Of a DNA stretch of 64,000 bases, positions 41,794 to 55,544 are shown piece by piece (the stretch's first letter is position 1; every line of letters starts with the position of its first letter). The notes beneath the pieces are model-generated. The model searched no databases. It worked only from the letters and a program-made list of their open reading frames with translations, and was not told the DNA's origin. Made by a program: the position numbers and the translations under genes. Source of the stretch: the human T2T-CHM13v2.0 reference genome, Homo sapiens; the NCBI RefSeq assembly GCF_009914755.1, contig NC_060927.1; one strand, given 5' to 3'.

Positions 41794-44320
41794 TTTTGTA
41801 TAACTGAGGGAACCAAGGCCCAGAGGGCTTGAAGAACATCCCCAAGATCATCCAGTTATATAGTAAAGCTAGGTCTCTGGGTTTAGAGCCAGGTTTATGC
41901 TTTTCTTCCTCTAAGGGATTTCAGGCATTTTAAATGTTAAAATTCTATGATGCCTTTGGGGAAGAGGATAGAAAATCAACATATAATAAAGGTCCAGTAT
42001 GTACATTCACACACCAGTCTCTTCAGGTTTTTTGAGGTGGATTATTATTCTCTATAAACAAAAAGCCTGTGTTTCTACCCAAATCACACTCATACTGAAT
42101 AGCTGATTTGAAGTATTTCGGTTTGTATCCTCTGCCCACTGTACCATTTGGTCCTTCATGGCAGTACAAGGAAAGAGAGAGGAGGGGTGCTTGTTCAATT
42201 GTAATTCCAGGACAATATCACTAAACATTAAGATCTTTCCTCCTATGTCACCATCATGCCATCAGAAGGGAGATAATTAGTTATTAAGATGTAAAAAAAG
42301 GAAAGCTCACTATAATGTCAAAGGTTAACATTAACAGCCAATTCTACACCCTATTCCTTCAAAATGACCACAAAGATAGCAAATCATCATGAACAACATC
42401 CTGTGTCTAGAATCAAAAGATTTGTTCTAGACCTATGATTTGCAAGCTGTATAGTCTTGTGAAACTAAAAAATGACACTGAAATGATAAGAATGAAAGCT
42501 TTTTGTAAACTGTGTGGCCTGACTCAAATCTAAAGTACGTATTTTCATGAATCCTCACAGTCTTGTCTTGGTCTCATTAGATATGATAATACCGATCGGT
42601 CTCTTACAGCATCAGTACTAAAGTGTAAATTATTTGAGCTGCGGGGATTTTTAAATATTATCATAGAAATTTAAAATTAGAAGGGACAATAACAATTACA
42701 GAATTCGGAGGCTTAATTTTGTAGATGCTGAAACTGAAATGCAGCAAAGTGAAGGGTCTTCCCAAAGGTCACCCAGATGCTTAACAATTCCTTGATGAAA
42801 GTTTATTCCCTGATATAAATTATCTTTAATTTCTTGCTGAGAGAGGATTCCATTCTTAGGCTTGTCAAAGTTATTCTCTATCAAACAAACTAATGAAAAT
42901 CAAACTGAACATAATAGACATGTCTCTATTCTTGGACCTCACCTTGTGAAATTGGAAATCTATCCATAAAATAGGTCTAGATCCAGCTTAATTGCCTCTG
43001 TTTTTAGCTTCACATTGTCTCTAGAGACTTGAGTCTTGTTTCAGCATCTCATGAAGCTGAAATCAGACAGGTTGAATAATTTGCTTTCTACAAAATGATT
43101 GGTTTCTAGTTTCCAGTAGAAATAGGTTCATTGTTTTGTTTGAGAACATTTGGAAGTCAAATATTTGAAACCCTGTGTTATGCAATATTATACCTTTGTA
43201 TAAAAATAAGATATGGAAAATTACCTAAATACCAAAAAGGATGAAAAGTAGGTCCTTGATTTCAAGGAAGTTTATTTCAGAAACCGTGTATCTGTACTTC
43301 TTGTTGAAGCTAAGATAAAGATGGGGAACCTTGTTTTGAACCCCAATTACTAACTTTTAGCCTCAGCTCATTTTTCCTATCACTTATAAAAATCAAGGCA
43401 ACATCAGCTTTTCCTTAAACACTGAACTGTGTCACTGGAAGTGCCTCTTTCTCTAGATTAATTAGGAAAACTCTTCAGGGAAACAAAACATAATCCTGCA
43501 CAAATTAGTTCAAAATACTAAAACTGAAAATGAAATGACTAGTATAATACTATAGGACCCTTGAGTACCAGTGAACATTTTCCTCAGGTTTTGATTATAC
43601 TAAGTGATTTTTTTTTAATCAATCACACACAAAATGAAACAATTCAGATTAAGGAATAAAAAAGAAGCTTCTTGGAGGTTTATAACTTAAGTGCGAATAT
43701 CCCTAGAAAACTTATCAGAGACAAACTCTGAGAAGCAAAATAATAGCTCTTTGAAAAGGATTGGAACTAATTTTTTTTTTTTAAGAAAAAATGCTGAAAA
43801 AAAATCACTAGATATATTTTGCCCTCCTCAATGGGCAAGCAAGTGTTTTAAAATTTTTCAAAAACTACTCTTTCTTATGCTCCTGGAAGGATAGATTGTT
43901 TCCTCCAAAATCTAACAGAAGAGTGATGCGATTATCTGGAAATTTCAGGAAAAACTACAATTCCCTTCCCCCCGCCAAAAGTCTACCAAGATAAACAGAA
44001 ACAAATAAAAATTAAAATTTGGCAAAAATGGAATCCATGGATATGTAGATTTTTATTGGTATTTTGTCTATTGTTATAGAAGACAAATACTTTTCTTACT
44101 TAAAGAATCTTGGGAAATTTAACTGACTTCCTAATGCTTGAACAGTACCACATGAATGAGTGGTACAATGCCTCAAGCTCCTAAAAAGCGGACTTTGGCT
44201 AAAGTTTAATAGCTCCCATATCATGATATAGTCCCCTGTCTCTTCCTGATTCCACAACTCCACACCCCATACCCCATACACCACAATCCTTGATAATGAA
44301 AGCTGTAGGAGAGGATTTGA

Positions 44321-44636
<316 letters not shown>

Positions 44637-45002
44637 TTATAGTTTTTAACTTTAATATTCTGAGGTCATAATTTCTTAGCAATCCAGACTCCCAAGTGTT
44701 CCTAAATGTAATGCTTTAAAGATGCCAAATTAACTCAATTTTATATAACACATAATGAAACTACACATTCCAGGGAGAGGACTATAAGAAAGTGTGGAGA
44801 TGAAAAATGGGACTGATATATTCCAAAACAGTTAGTCAAGGCAATGAAAATTCATTAAATAAATCCCAGGTCATTTAGCTAGGCAGGTTTCTGATTGGGA
44901 TCTAGAGAATGAACTAGAAGAGTAGAATAAAAACCTTTGCTTCTTAAACAGCTATCAACTGCATTACTATATAGATAGTTCTTCTAGACTAACATGTTCT
45001 AG

Positions 45003-45057
45003 ATCTCTCTCCCTTTCTCTCTGTCTCTCTCTCTGTCTCTCTCTCTCTCTGTCTCTC
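45003..45057 (+). repeat. (CT)n-rich microsatellite
   Basis: Visible tandem CT/CTGT. Confidence 0.85.
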
Positions 45058-45774
45058 ATAAGGGATCAGAGGGATGGGGTTGACATGATATTTTCTCAAA
45101 GAACACTTTTTGTCTAGCACCCATGTTACCTGATTTCTACTGCTTTGTCTCAGAAGCTTGTCCACAGGAGGCTGTGACTGATGGGTAGAGTATGCAATCA
45201 AAAAGAAAGTCAAGGGTTCAGTTATACTATTTCCATAATGATTCTCAGCCTAATCCATACTCAGCACTGACCCTAAATATAAAAGAATGCAAATTGAAGT
45301 GATTAAGAAACACTTAGAAGCTGATTTGCTGGTCACTAACATGCACTAAAATGGATCAAGTAACATTTAGCCAAGAACACTAATTCCAAAGCACAGGAAA
45401 GATGAGAAAAGTCAGAGAAGCCACATCTATTCAATGAATGGAGTAATTATTCCAGCATCTTCCATGATTGTTTTTTCTTAAAATCATCAAATAAGGTCTC
45501 AACTAGAGAATGGAAAATTAAACTTGTAGCACATGTTAGCATGGCTTTTAGCAAATATAAACACATATACAGCCAGATTCTCATTCTGATCTGAAGGTCA
45601 TGCAAGTCTGTGATTTACCTACTTGAGTTTTTAATGCACAGACTAATCTGGAGCCCTGCATTCCTTTCTCCATGTAGTCAATATTTACTGGAGCCTATTG
45701 TTAACCCAACATGAGGCTAAGCATGTAGGGAAAAAAATCGAATGAGTTAAGACTTTGCCTTCAAAAAGTTTATT

Positions 45775-46020
45775 GGTAATAATAGCACTAGAAAAATAGC
45801 TACAACTTCAATTTATCACTTGCCTCTTTTGTTCCCAGCACTGTGCCTGAAGCTTTGCACACAAAGCCTTATTTAATTTTACTGCAACTCTGTGATGTAC
45901 CTATTATTATCCCTATTTATATATAAAAAACTGAGTCTCAGCAGAATTAAGTGACTTGTTCAAGACGAGGTTTTGTGCCCCAGATTTCCAGGGCCCCAAA
46001 TCCTGTGCTTTTTTTGTACT
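45775..46020 (-). mobile_element. MIR
   Basis: CTATTATTATCCCTATTTA...AAACTGAGTCTCAG...TTAAGTGACTTGTTCAAG. Confidence 0.7.
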
Positions 46021-46389
46021 ATTCCAAACTTCTTTCCTTAACTTTTACTCTAACAGGAAAGATGAGGTGAGACATATGATTGCATGTAAGCAGGTTTTGC
46101 AAGCCAGTGATTACAGATGTTGTTCAATTAACAATATTATCTGAATCTCCATAGTTCTGAGTTTCATGTGTCACCAGCGACACTACTTTTATTTGCTGAC
46201 AAGTCAGCCCTTCTTGTTGCTGACTAGTTGAGGTGAGTGTGTGTTGCCCCATGCCCCTATGGTTCCACAGCTGGGAAGCTGAAATCCTTTCCAAATCATA
46301 TCAGCCATTGATCTTCTGTAGGTGCTGGAGAGATCAGAATCTGTCTTGCCTGACATTGATGAAATTGTAATACTGGACCTCTGGTTAAT

Positions 46390-46625
46390 GAAATGCATGC
46401 TCAGGTACATAGGGAGGAGTTTACTGATGTCTACAACTTCCTCTGAAATACATAAAAAAATTAGATATATTAATGGATGGATAGATGAATAGATATGTGA
46501 TAAAGCAAATAAAGTACAATGTTATTTGCAGACTCTAGGCCATGGGTATATAGATGTTCAATATAAAATTCCTTCAACTTTTCTTGATATTTATACCTTT
46601 TAAAAATAAAATATGGAGGAAAATT
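46390..46625 (+). mobile_element. L1ME/L1MC 3' end
   Basis: TACTGATGTCTACAACTT...GATATGTGATAAAGCAAATA...TAAAATTCCTTCAACTTTTC...AATAAAA. Confidence 0.7.
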
Positions 46626-46763
46626 ACAGTAGTTTCACTGCGCTTCAAAACTAGAGAAACTCAATAGTCAGGTTTGCATAATTTAAAAAAATTTCAAATT
46701 GTGGCATATTTGGTTTGGGATAGAAGGGAATCTCACAGTAAGATGTTTTTCCCCCAAAGTATT

Positions 46764-47406
46764 ATAGGAGTGAAAGAATTTTTTCCATCTCTCTTCCAAA
46801 GTTTTCATAATTTGAGTCTATAAAACAAACTGAAAATGAACAGATTAACAGGAAAAAAAGGTATACAAATATATTTATGTGCACATGAAGATGAAAGTCA
46901 TACAGAAAGGGTGAGATCAAAGAAGAGCCAGATGACTGAAGTTTTATACTATCAAGTTCCAGAAAGAATAAGGGTTTGGGACTTCTGGGGGTGGAGGGAG
47001 GAGGTGGCATAACAGGTTATGAGAGAGTAAAGGGAGAAAATCATGGCAGGCAAAATCTATCTCGTGAATGCTGATAGAAATCTCGCAGGTAATCTCAGAG
47101 CTTCCCTCAAAAAGAAAAGGTGGTGGCCTGTGGTAAAGTGTTTCCGTCAGACATTTAAAGTGTTGGACTTTTAGTTTCTTTCCCTGTGAGTTAATCATTC
47201 CTAGACACAAATAAGAAGGACTGAGAAAAACTTTGTTTGCATCTCCTATCTCTTCTCTAATGTAGGTTTACATCTTCTACAGATGCAAATCTCCCCACAT
47301 AAAACAGATTTCCATGGTTGTTCTTATATTTGCAGCCCCTCTGAATAGACATTTCAAAATAAGCAAAGTAAGTATATTTTGGGGTGAAATATTCTGGTTT
47401 CCTTCA
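46764..47406 (-). mobile_element. MER34-type ERV1 solo LTR
   Basis: Minus-strand start TGAAGGAAACCAGAATATTTCACCCCAAAATATAC. The 3' region CAGATTAACAGGAAAAAAAGGTATACAAA is the reverse of the MER34-group poly(A) region. Confidence 0.75.
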
Positions 47407-47418
47407 GTATATTAATAG

Positions 47419-47800
47419 TGTTCCACAGTAAGCAGGTCTATGCAAATCTACCCCAAAAAGCAAAGGAGCTGAGAGACTGAAGGAAGAGATGGACAAATCC
47501 AGTTTCTTAGAAAGAGAAGCGATGTCTCAGATACACACGAGAAACTGAATTCCTGTACCCACACTCCAGAAAGTATCCTTTATATAGCAAGCTTTTAGAT
47601 TGAAGACATGTAAAGCTGGTCAGGTCTTTATTGAAAAACTCATGACCACTGAGGAGGTTAGATAAGCATCTTTATGATGGGGTATCTATGCTAAGGGAAT
47701 TATTTAAAGACCTTGCTGTGAACACTAAATTATTCAGGGGTTAAACATTGGTCCCCCTGGCAGTTTTGCTTCCAGATGGCATCACTCTTACCATGCAACA
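47419..47800 (-). mobile_element. MER93-like ERV1 solo LTR
   Basis: Minus strand TGTTGCATGGTAAGAGTGATGCCATCTGGAAGCAAAAC ... TTTGCATAGACCTGCTTACTGTGGAACA, with TG...CA ends. Confidence 0.65.
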
Positions 47801-48249
47801 CACTGTTTTCCCAGATATGGTGAATCAATTTCTTTAATTTCCAGATGCAGCCTTTCTCACCTAGGGCACATACTGCCTCAGTGGTTGAGTTGAGGTCAGG
47901 TGTCTACATGTGCCACTCTACCATAGTCCACAGTGTTCTTGAACTCTGTTCCTGGTCCTTTCTTACTCTGTCAGCTATTTTAGGGAAAATATTATAAAGC
48001 CTCACTGTTTTTTGGTTGCTATAATATACCTTCTATTATGGCCACCCTAGTCTATAAGATATTTGAATATATCTGAATTCCATGAACTGGGAGGGGTTGA
48101 GGTCCAAGTGTTCTTGGTAGCAGGGTCCTCAGACACCTTGTAAATCAGTGGTGGTGAATGATTAATCAGAAAGGAGATATTACTATTGGGCATTTGTTAG
48201 GAGAATCTGAGTGGCAGTCTTCCCCAGATAAAATAACCTGTTAAGACCA

Positions 48250-49790
48250 ACAGAAAAATGCACAAATAACTTAAAGGGCAATTCACAATAAATAATATTC
48301 AAATGGCGAATACATATAGAAAAGGTGCCCAATTTCATCAGTCATTGGAGACATAAAAATTAAAACCACAATGTGAAGCTACAATGTACCCACAATAATA
48401 TTTAAAATTGAAAAACTAATACGAAATGTTGGCAAGAATGTGGAACAAGTGAAACTCTCATAAACTGCTGGTAGGAGTGTAAATTGGTACAAATAATTTG
48501 GAAAACTATTTGGCAATGTCCACTAAAGCAGAACAAATTTGGGGGCTTAGAAAACAATACCCCCCAAATGAAGACCTCAGAAGTGGCCTCAGAAGCAAGT
48601 TTCTCTCTGCCCTTCTGCCTTTCTGTCTCTGGTCCCTCAGTCTCCCCCATGGCTAGTCATAGAAACTAGAATCCCTCTCCCCCAAGGTGAGTCATAGTAA
48701 CCAAAACCCCTTTTGCCCAAAGGCAGCCATAAAACCTAAAAATATTACTCTTAACTTTTTTCTCCACCTTCCAGTGTAAAAACTGACCAAAATTTATCTG
48801 ACTTACCCTATTTAATTTTAGGTCATAAGATTCCCATTCCAGAGAGGGTCCTGCCCTATAACTAGAAGGAAGTAATGCTGCAAAGAGAGGCCAAGAAGAA
48901 TCCAGACAGACAAGCCTTGCTAAGATTCTGCACTCCATCTATTAGCCTAAGCTCTTACCCTTTTGGTCCAATCGTATTGCTACACAGCTGTCTATGCTTT
49001 GTTGAACCTAAGCATAAAAATGGACTGCTTTCCTGTATCTTTGTGTGTTCATCCTGAAGGCTCCCATGTCATATAAAACTATGATCTAATATGTTTGTGT
49101 GCCTTTTCTCCTATTAATCTGCCTTTGTCAGTTGATTTTCAGCAAACCTTCAGAGGGCAGAGGGGAAGTTTTCCAGCACCCCTACAAAATACAAACTCTA
49201 TTAATAATAATTACATTTTTAGCTGTATATCAATAGAAATGCCCCCATATATTCACCAAACAGAATAAATCATTACACTTTTAGGTATATTTCAACAGAA
49301 ATGTACCCGTATGTTCACAAAAGACATAATAGGAATGTTTATGGCAGCATTATTCATAATAGCCCCAAACAGAATGAATCTCAAATGTCCATCAATAGTA
49401 GAATGGATAAATTAATAGTGCTATATTCATATAATTGAATGACATACAATAATGAAAATGAGAGAACTATTGCTACATGCAAAAAGATGGGTGGATCTCA
49501 CAAAATGTAACATTGAGCAAAAGAAGTGAGACACAAAAGAGCACGCATGGTTTGCTTCCATTAAGTGCAAAACAACGAAAACTCATCTATGGTGTTATAA
49601 GTAAGGGAAGTAGTATCATTCCAATGAAGAGGTGGAAGTAGGAGGTGAATAGTAACTATGAGAGAGTTTACAGTGTTTGTTTCTTGAACTAGTATTAATT
49701 GCATGGAAGTGCTCACTTGGTAAAAAATTAACCTGTCCACTTCAGTTCTATACATTTCTAAATATGTGTTATATTTCAATAAGCTTTTGA
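48250..49790 (+). mobile_element. L1ME 3' portion interrupted by MER39
   Basis: AAAATTAAAACCACAATG; CTGGTAGGAGTGTAAATTGGTAC; GGCAGCATTATTCATAATAGCCCCAAAC; 3' TTATATTTCAATAA. Confidence 0.8.
48539..49186 (+). mobile_element. MER39 ERV1 solo LTR
   Basis: GGGGCTTAGAAAACAATACCCCCCAAATGAAGACCTCAGAAG ... CATAGAAACTAGAATCCCTCT ... CCCCTACA. Candidate 4-bp TSD AAAT. Confidence 0.85.
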
Positions 49791-50887
49791 ACATTTTATA
49801 AGACTTAGGCCAGTAGTTTTAGGGAAAAAAAAGTGATAAGAATCCAAATGAGGGTACATGCAATCATCAGAAGAGGTTGCAGGATTTAGCTGGCAGGGAA
49901 GAGGACATGGAAGAACTCTAAAAGGGCTTTCCCTGCCCCTGGATTTCCCTCAGGGTTGCAATGTGATGCAAACATTTACTTCTCAACCCTTTCCAGCCAG
50001 GACTGGCAATGTTCCCAATGTTAACAATGTAAACTTTTGAACACTAACATTTTCATTCATTCATCAAGTATTTATTGGGTGCCAACCATGTACCAAACTC
50101 TGTTTGGGGTACTGAGGATATAGCATTGAATAAAGTCCTCTGTTCTGTTACAGCATGTATTCTAATAGAGGAATCAGGCAATAAACAAGATAAATAAGTT
50201 TTTATATATAAGGATTTGCAGTGATAAGTGCTGTCAAGTGAAAGGTTAAATAACAGATGCTATAACTTAAACAAACTTAAAGTGGGTTTTATTCTTAGCC
50301 AAGCTTTAGGACTAATAGTCTGAAAACACAGACTTGGCACAAACCAAGAATGTGTCCCTGAGTGGGCTACACAAGACACACTATTTGTGTATTTCTCCTA
50401 CTTAGAAATGGGATAAGGGGGTAGTGAAGCAGAGGTGATAGTCTTGAAATTCTGATTGGTGCTCATAACACTACAGAAAATAAAGTGCTATCTCCCTTTT
50501 GGTTGAAATCTTCCAAAGGAAGACTTGGAGACCAAATAATATAATTTGAGGGATTCAAAGAGGACAGGTCACTTTTGTTTAGCATTATATGGTATAAGGG
50601 ATTAAATTAGAATTCTGAAATGCTCTTATTTGATTCTTCAGCCCTATACAAAGTGCCATCATCTGATTTGTCAGTGAGAATGCAAAAGCTCCTGTATTTC
50701 CTCTGGGGAAGTGAAAGGCTCTTGTCTTATGCTAATATCTCTTAATTTCACAGAGAAACAAGATGGTCATTGCAATTAAGATTTTTTCCTTAGGAGCTGT
50801 TGAGATGTGATGGCATGTTGTTGTATAGTCAGCAGTATTCATGAGTGGACTTGAGGAGTTGGGCAGAAGAATATTAAATTTGATGTC

Positions 50888-51685
50888 TGATACAATTTGA
50901 ATGTGTGTCCCTGCCTAAATCTCATATTGAAATATAATCCTCAATGTTGGAAGTGTGGCCTAGTGGAGATGATTGGATTATGGGGGTGGACTTGCCATTA
51001 ATGGTTTAGCACCATCCTCCGTGGTACTGTCCTAATGACAGTGAGTGAGTCCTTGTGAGATCTGGTTGTATAGAAGTGTGTAGCACCTCCCCCCTTGTTC
51101 TCTTGCTCTTGCTTTCACCATGTGATTTGCAAGCCTCTGCTTTGTCTTCCCCCATGATTGTAAGCTTCCAGAGCACTCTCCAGAAGCAGATGCCAGTATC
51201 ATGTTTCCTGTACAGCCTGCAGAACCATGAAGCAATTAAACCTCTTTTCTTTATAAGTTACCCAGTTTCAGGTATTTCTTTATAGCAATGCAAGAAAAGC
51301 CTAACAGAAAGTTGGTACTGACGAGTGGGGCATTGCTATAAAGATACCTGAAAATATGGACGCAGCTTTGGAACTGAGTAACAGGCAGAGGTTGGAAGAG
51401 TTTGGAGGGCACAGAAGACAGGAAGACAAAGGAAAATTTGGAATATCTTAGAGACTTAAATGATTGTGACCAAAACGCTAATAGAAATATAGACAGTGAA
51501 GGCCAGCTGATGAGATCTCAGATGGAAATGAAGAGCTTATCAGGAATTGGAGCAAAGGTCACACATGTTAGGCCTTAGCAAAGAGCTTGGCTGCACTGTG
51601 TTCATGCCCTACGGATCTGTGGAAATTTGAACTTGAGAGTGATGATTCTGGTATCTGGTGAAGAAATTTCCAAGCAGCATAGTGT
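50888..51685 (+). mobile_element. MSTA LTR (50888-51306) plus truncated MST-int, inserted in the provirus
   Basis: AAATCTCATATTGAAATATAATCC ... ATGGTTTAGCACCATCC ... CAATTAAACCTCTTTTCTTTATAA, then internal TTGGTAC...GCTATAAAGATACCTGAAAAT. Confidence 0.85.
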
Positions 51686-52744
51686 TGTACAGTTTAGCTG
51701 CACAATAACTGGTCAGCAGCACCTGGTAAGATCCTTGCTATGAGGCTCAAGAGAGTCCATTAGATGATGTCTTTTCCAATAGACGTCGTCCCTTGGCTGG
51801 AGATCATGATACTTAAGATCCTCATCTGCTGGAAGAGCCCTGTAAAAAGTCTTTTATCAATTTAGGTTTTTGGAAGAGAAGTTCAGTTAATCCTTGACAG
51901 TAACAAAGTTTGGTTCATATAATCCTCCATAATCAACAAGTTTGGTTCATATAATCTTCCATCCAATCTCATAGGTCAACTGGTAATTATCTTATGTGGG
52001 GATAATTGATGTTTTCCAAAAGAAGTTGCTCTTAGTTTAAGCAAAATTAATGGAAAAGCCTAGGGCCAAGCAATATGAAAATCTTCTCTTAATTTTTTCA
52101 ACTGAGATTTTATTATTCTGTTTGTTCATTCCACTAATCCAGAGGACTGGGGATGGTATGCCCAATGAAAATGTTGGAAAATGGACCAGATTTTACAAAT
52201 TGAATGGACTATCACTCTTGCGAGTTTGTCTATTTCTACATAATTCAAAAGGAATTCTCCAGGAGAGAATTATTCTTTCCAATATTTTTCTATTGCTTGT
52301 GCTGTGGCTTTTCTGCAAGCAAATGCTTCAACCCAATTAGAAGGCAAGCAAATCATAACCTGTACATATTTATAGCCTTGGGTTGGAGATAATTGGATAA
52401 AATCCATTTGCCAAATAATAGAAGGTCCAGTGGGCAAAGAAAATTACCCTTGAGATCATAAAGAGGCTTCCCTGGGTTATATTTCGGACAAATTGGATAT
52501 TTTTCATAAAACTTATGAGCTACTGTGGGTTAAGGGTTTTCAGTATTATTGTTTTTCCCAAGCAATCATTTTATCAAGTCCCCAGTGAATGAGCTCATGT
52601 TTGTACTATAACATAGATAATTGAAATCCCATAGGTTAAAATAGGTCTGTCATTGAGTCCATACCATAAGTTACAAGCAGGTGAGGGGCACCTCCCACAC
52701 GCTTGGTTAGCCATATCTGTTTTTCCTCTTTGAGGCCTTTTATT

Positions 52745-52805
52745 TGTTTGTTGTTGCTGTTGTTGTTGAGACAGAGTCTCACTCTGTCACCCAGGCTGGA
52801 GTGTA
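52745..52805 (-). mobile_element. Mini Alu (extreme 5' truncation) with TSD
   Basis: GAGACAGAGTCTCACTCTGTCACCCAGGCTGGAGTG plus a (TTG)n tail. TSD AGGCCTTTT at 52733 and 52806. Confidence 0.85.
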
Positions 52806-54628
52806 AGGCCTTTTCTTAAGCCTCTTGGTGCTCCTTCTTGATAGAGCTTATTTTAAACATAGCTACCTCTATAGTTTATCCAATAATTGGTGTGAAAGTG
52901 GCCCTTTTTGGCTGCTGCATCAGCAAAGTATTTTCCTTTATTCTCTGGAGAGTCAAATTAGGAATGTTCAGGAATCTTAACAATAGCCCTTTTTACTTTT
53001 TTGGTAATTGGATGGCTTCCAGCATGTCAGAAACCAGAGAGCCGTGTTTGATGGGTTGTCTAGAGGAGGTTAAATATCCTTGTTGTTTCCATAACTTCCA
53101 AAGTCATAAACTACACCAAAAGAATAATGGCTGTGAGTATAAATATTAGCTGTTTGATTTTTACCAATTGACATACTCTGGTGAGTGCTATTAACTAAGT
53201 TAACTGTGATGATTTTACTTAGGGTAAGGGATTGCCCTCTGTGATATTCACCAGGGACACAATGGCATAACCTGCCTGGTATTCCCCAGATTCACCCCTT
53301 AGATATGGTCCAGTGAATCAGATAACGTCAGCATTTTCCAGTGGTGTTTCCTATCCTGCCTTGGCATCAAAAGCTCATCTGTTAGTTAAATATAGTCATG
53401 AGATATTTAATCAGATGCTTCAGGAAGTTATGTTGCAGGATTATGAGTATTATAACAAGAGATGGTAATATATGAAGCAGAGAACAAAAGCACTTCATAA
53501 GTAGCCAATCTGTTGGCAGAAAAGTGTTGTGTATGATGTGAATTCAAAAAATGTCTACAAAATGAGGTACATACATACTCAGGGAAGCCTTCATTACAAT
53601 TTCCTGCGTGGCTATAACAAACAAGACAATGGCTGATACAGCTTTCATGGAAGTGGTCAACCCTCATGCTACAGAGTAATTGATGACTATAATAACAGTT
53701 AGGTCTGTATTGTTCTCTGTGTTTTGGGGTTAGAACACCCAGAATGCTGCCAGGGCTCTCAGGAACAAAAAGAGAAAATGGCAGTTAATAATTTGGATGG
53801 CCTACAGCAGGGTGTCTCATAAGATTTTCTTCTATTTCTTAAATAATTTGTCCTTTCATTGTCCAGTATAATAGATCAGGTCAATCTTCCTTTAACAATG
53901 CATATAAAGGCTGTGTCATGAGAGAAAAATTGGAGATTCAGCTACAGCAGTAGTCAGCAAAACCTAAAAACTGCCTTAGCTGTCTTAGTTTTTGGAGTGA
54001 GGTATGCAGGAATTCCAGTTTTAGTCACTTAGTCTGGATTTATATGTAGTCCATCCTTAGAAATAAAAAGTCTCAAATACTTTACTTCTGTTAAGCAAAA
54101 TTTGAGTTTCTCTTTGGATACCTTATGACCTCCTTTTTTGCTAATTGTCCCAGCAATTACAGGAAATCATTTTAACAATCTTGCAGGTTGGTAGAGCACA
54201 ACAAGGAATCATCTACATACTGAAACAAAGTGAAATTTCTTTCAAAATTTAGTTTAGTCAGTTCAGCCCTTAATATTTGCAAAAAATGAGTTGGATTTTT
54301 GGTGTAACCTTGAGGCATAATGATTTAGGTATATTGATGCCGTCCCAGGTAAAGGCAAACAAATATTGACTGTCAGAGTCTACTGGTATACTGAAAAAGG
54401 CACTACATAAATTAATTACCATGACATGTTCACTGCTTACAGGTATATCGGATAAAAGATTTTAATGGATTGGAATTACTTGGTAATTGAGGATTCATGA
54501 TATTGTTAATGGCTCTCAAATCTGTACACATCTCTATCCTTTTCCATTAGGTTTTCATACCAGGAAGATGGAAGTATTGTAAGAACTAGTGCAAGAGATA
54601 TTCAGTCCTTTATCAATGAAATCTTTGA

Positions 54629-55040
<412 letters not shown>

Positions 55041-55544
55041 TAATATTGTTTTATATTAAGAAGTGGTTTATTTGTATCCACCTGTATCCATATTGGGGTG
55101 GTTGTTAAATTTTTCCTTATATCAGTAGAAAATTAGGACCATAAATAGTTAGGGATTTGGCTTAAAGAGGCATCGAGTACTTGTCCTGCCTTAATACTTG
55201 ATGGTTAAATTTGAATGATCATATGATACACATTTTCTGGTCTATCATTTTTTAGTCAATCCTGTTTCAGTCCTTTCCAAAAAATTTCACCTCTTTTAGA
55301 GAAGGAACTATAAACACTATAAAAACTTCTGGAAAGTCTCTTTCTATAAAATGTATTGACGTGGAAGGCACCAAAATGAAAGAATAATGTCCATGTAAAT
55401 TTCCTTACTGGAAAGGCAAAAGTTCTGATTTGTATATAGTCATTGGTTAATTAGATTAGATACTCCTACCATTTGAATTGTTTGATTACTCCAAGGAAGA
55501 GCATTCTTTAAAAAGCAAGGTTCACAATATTCAGTATGTACCAC

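Noticed and set aside
46204-46410. 68-aa minus-strand ORF and a strong donor-like GAG|GTGAGT at ~46230
   Set aside because: No recognisable homology. The ORF starts in an L1 fragment, and a lone donor motif is expected by chance.
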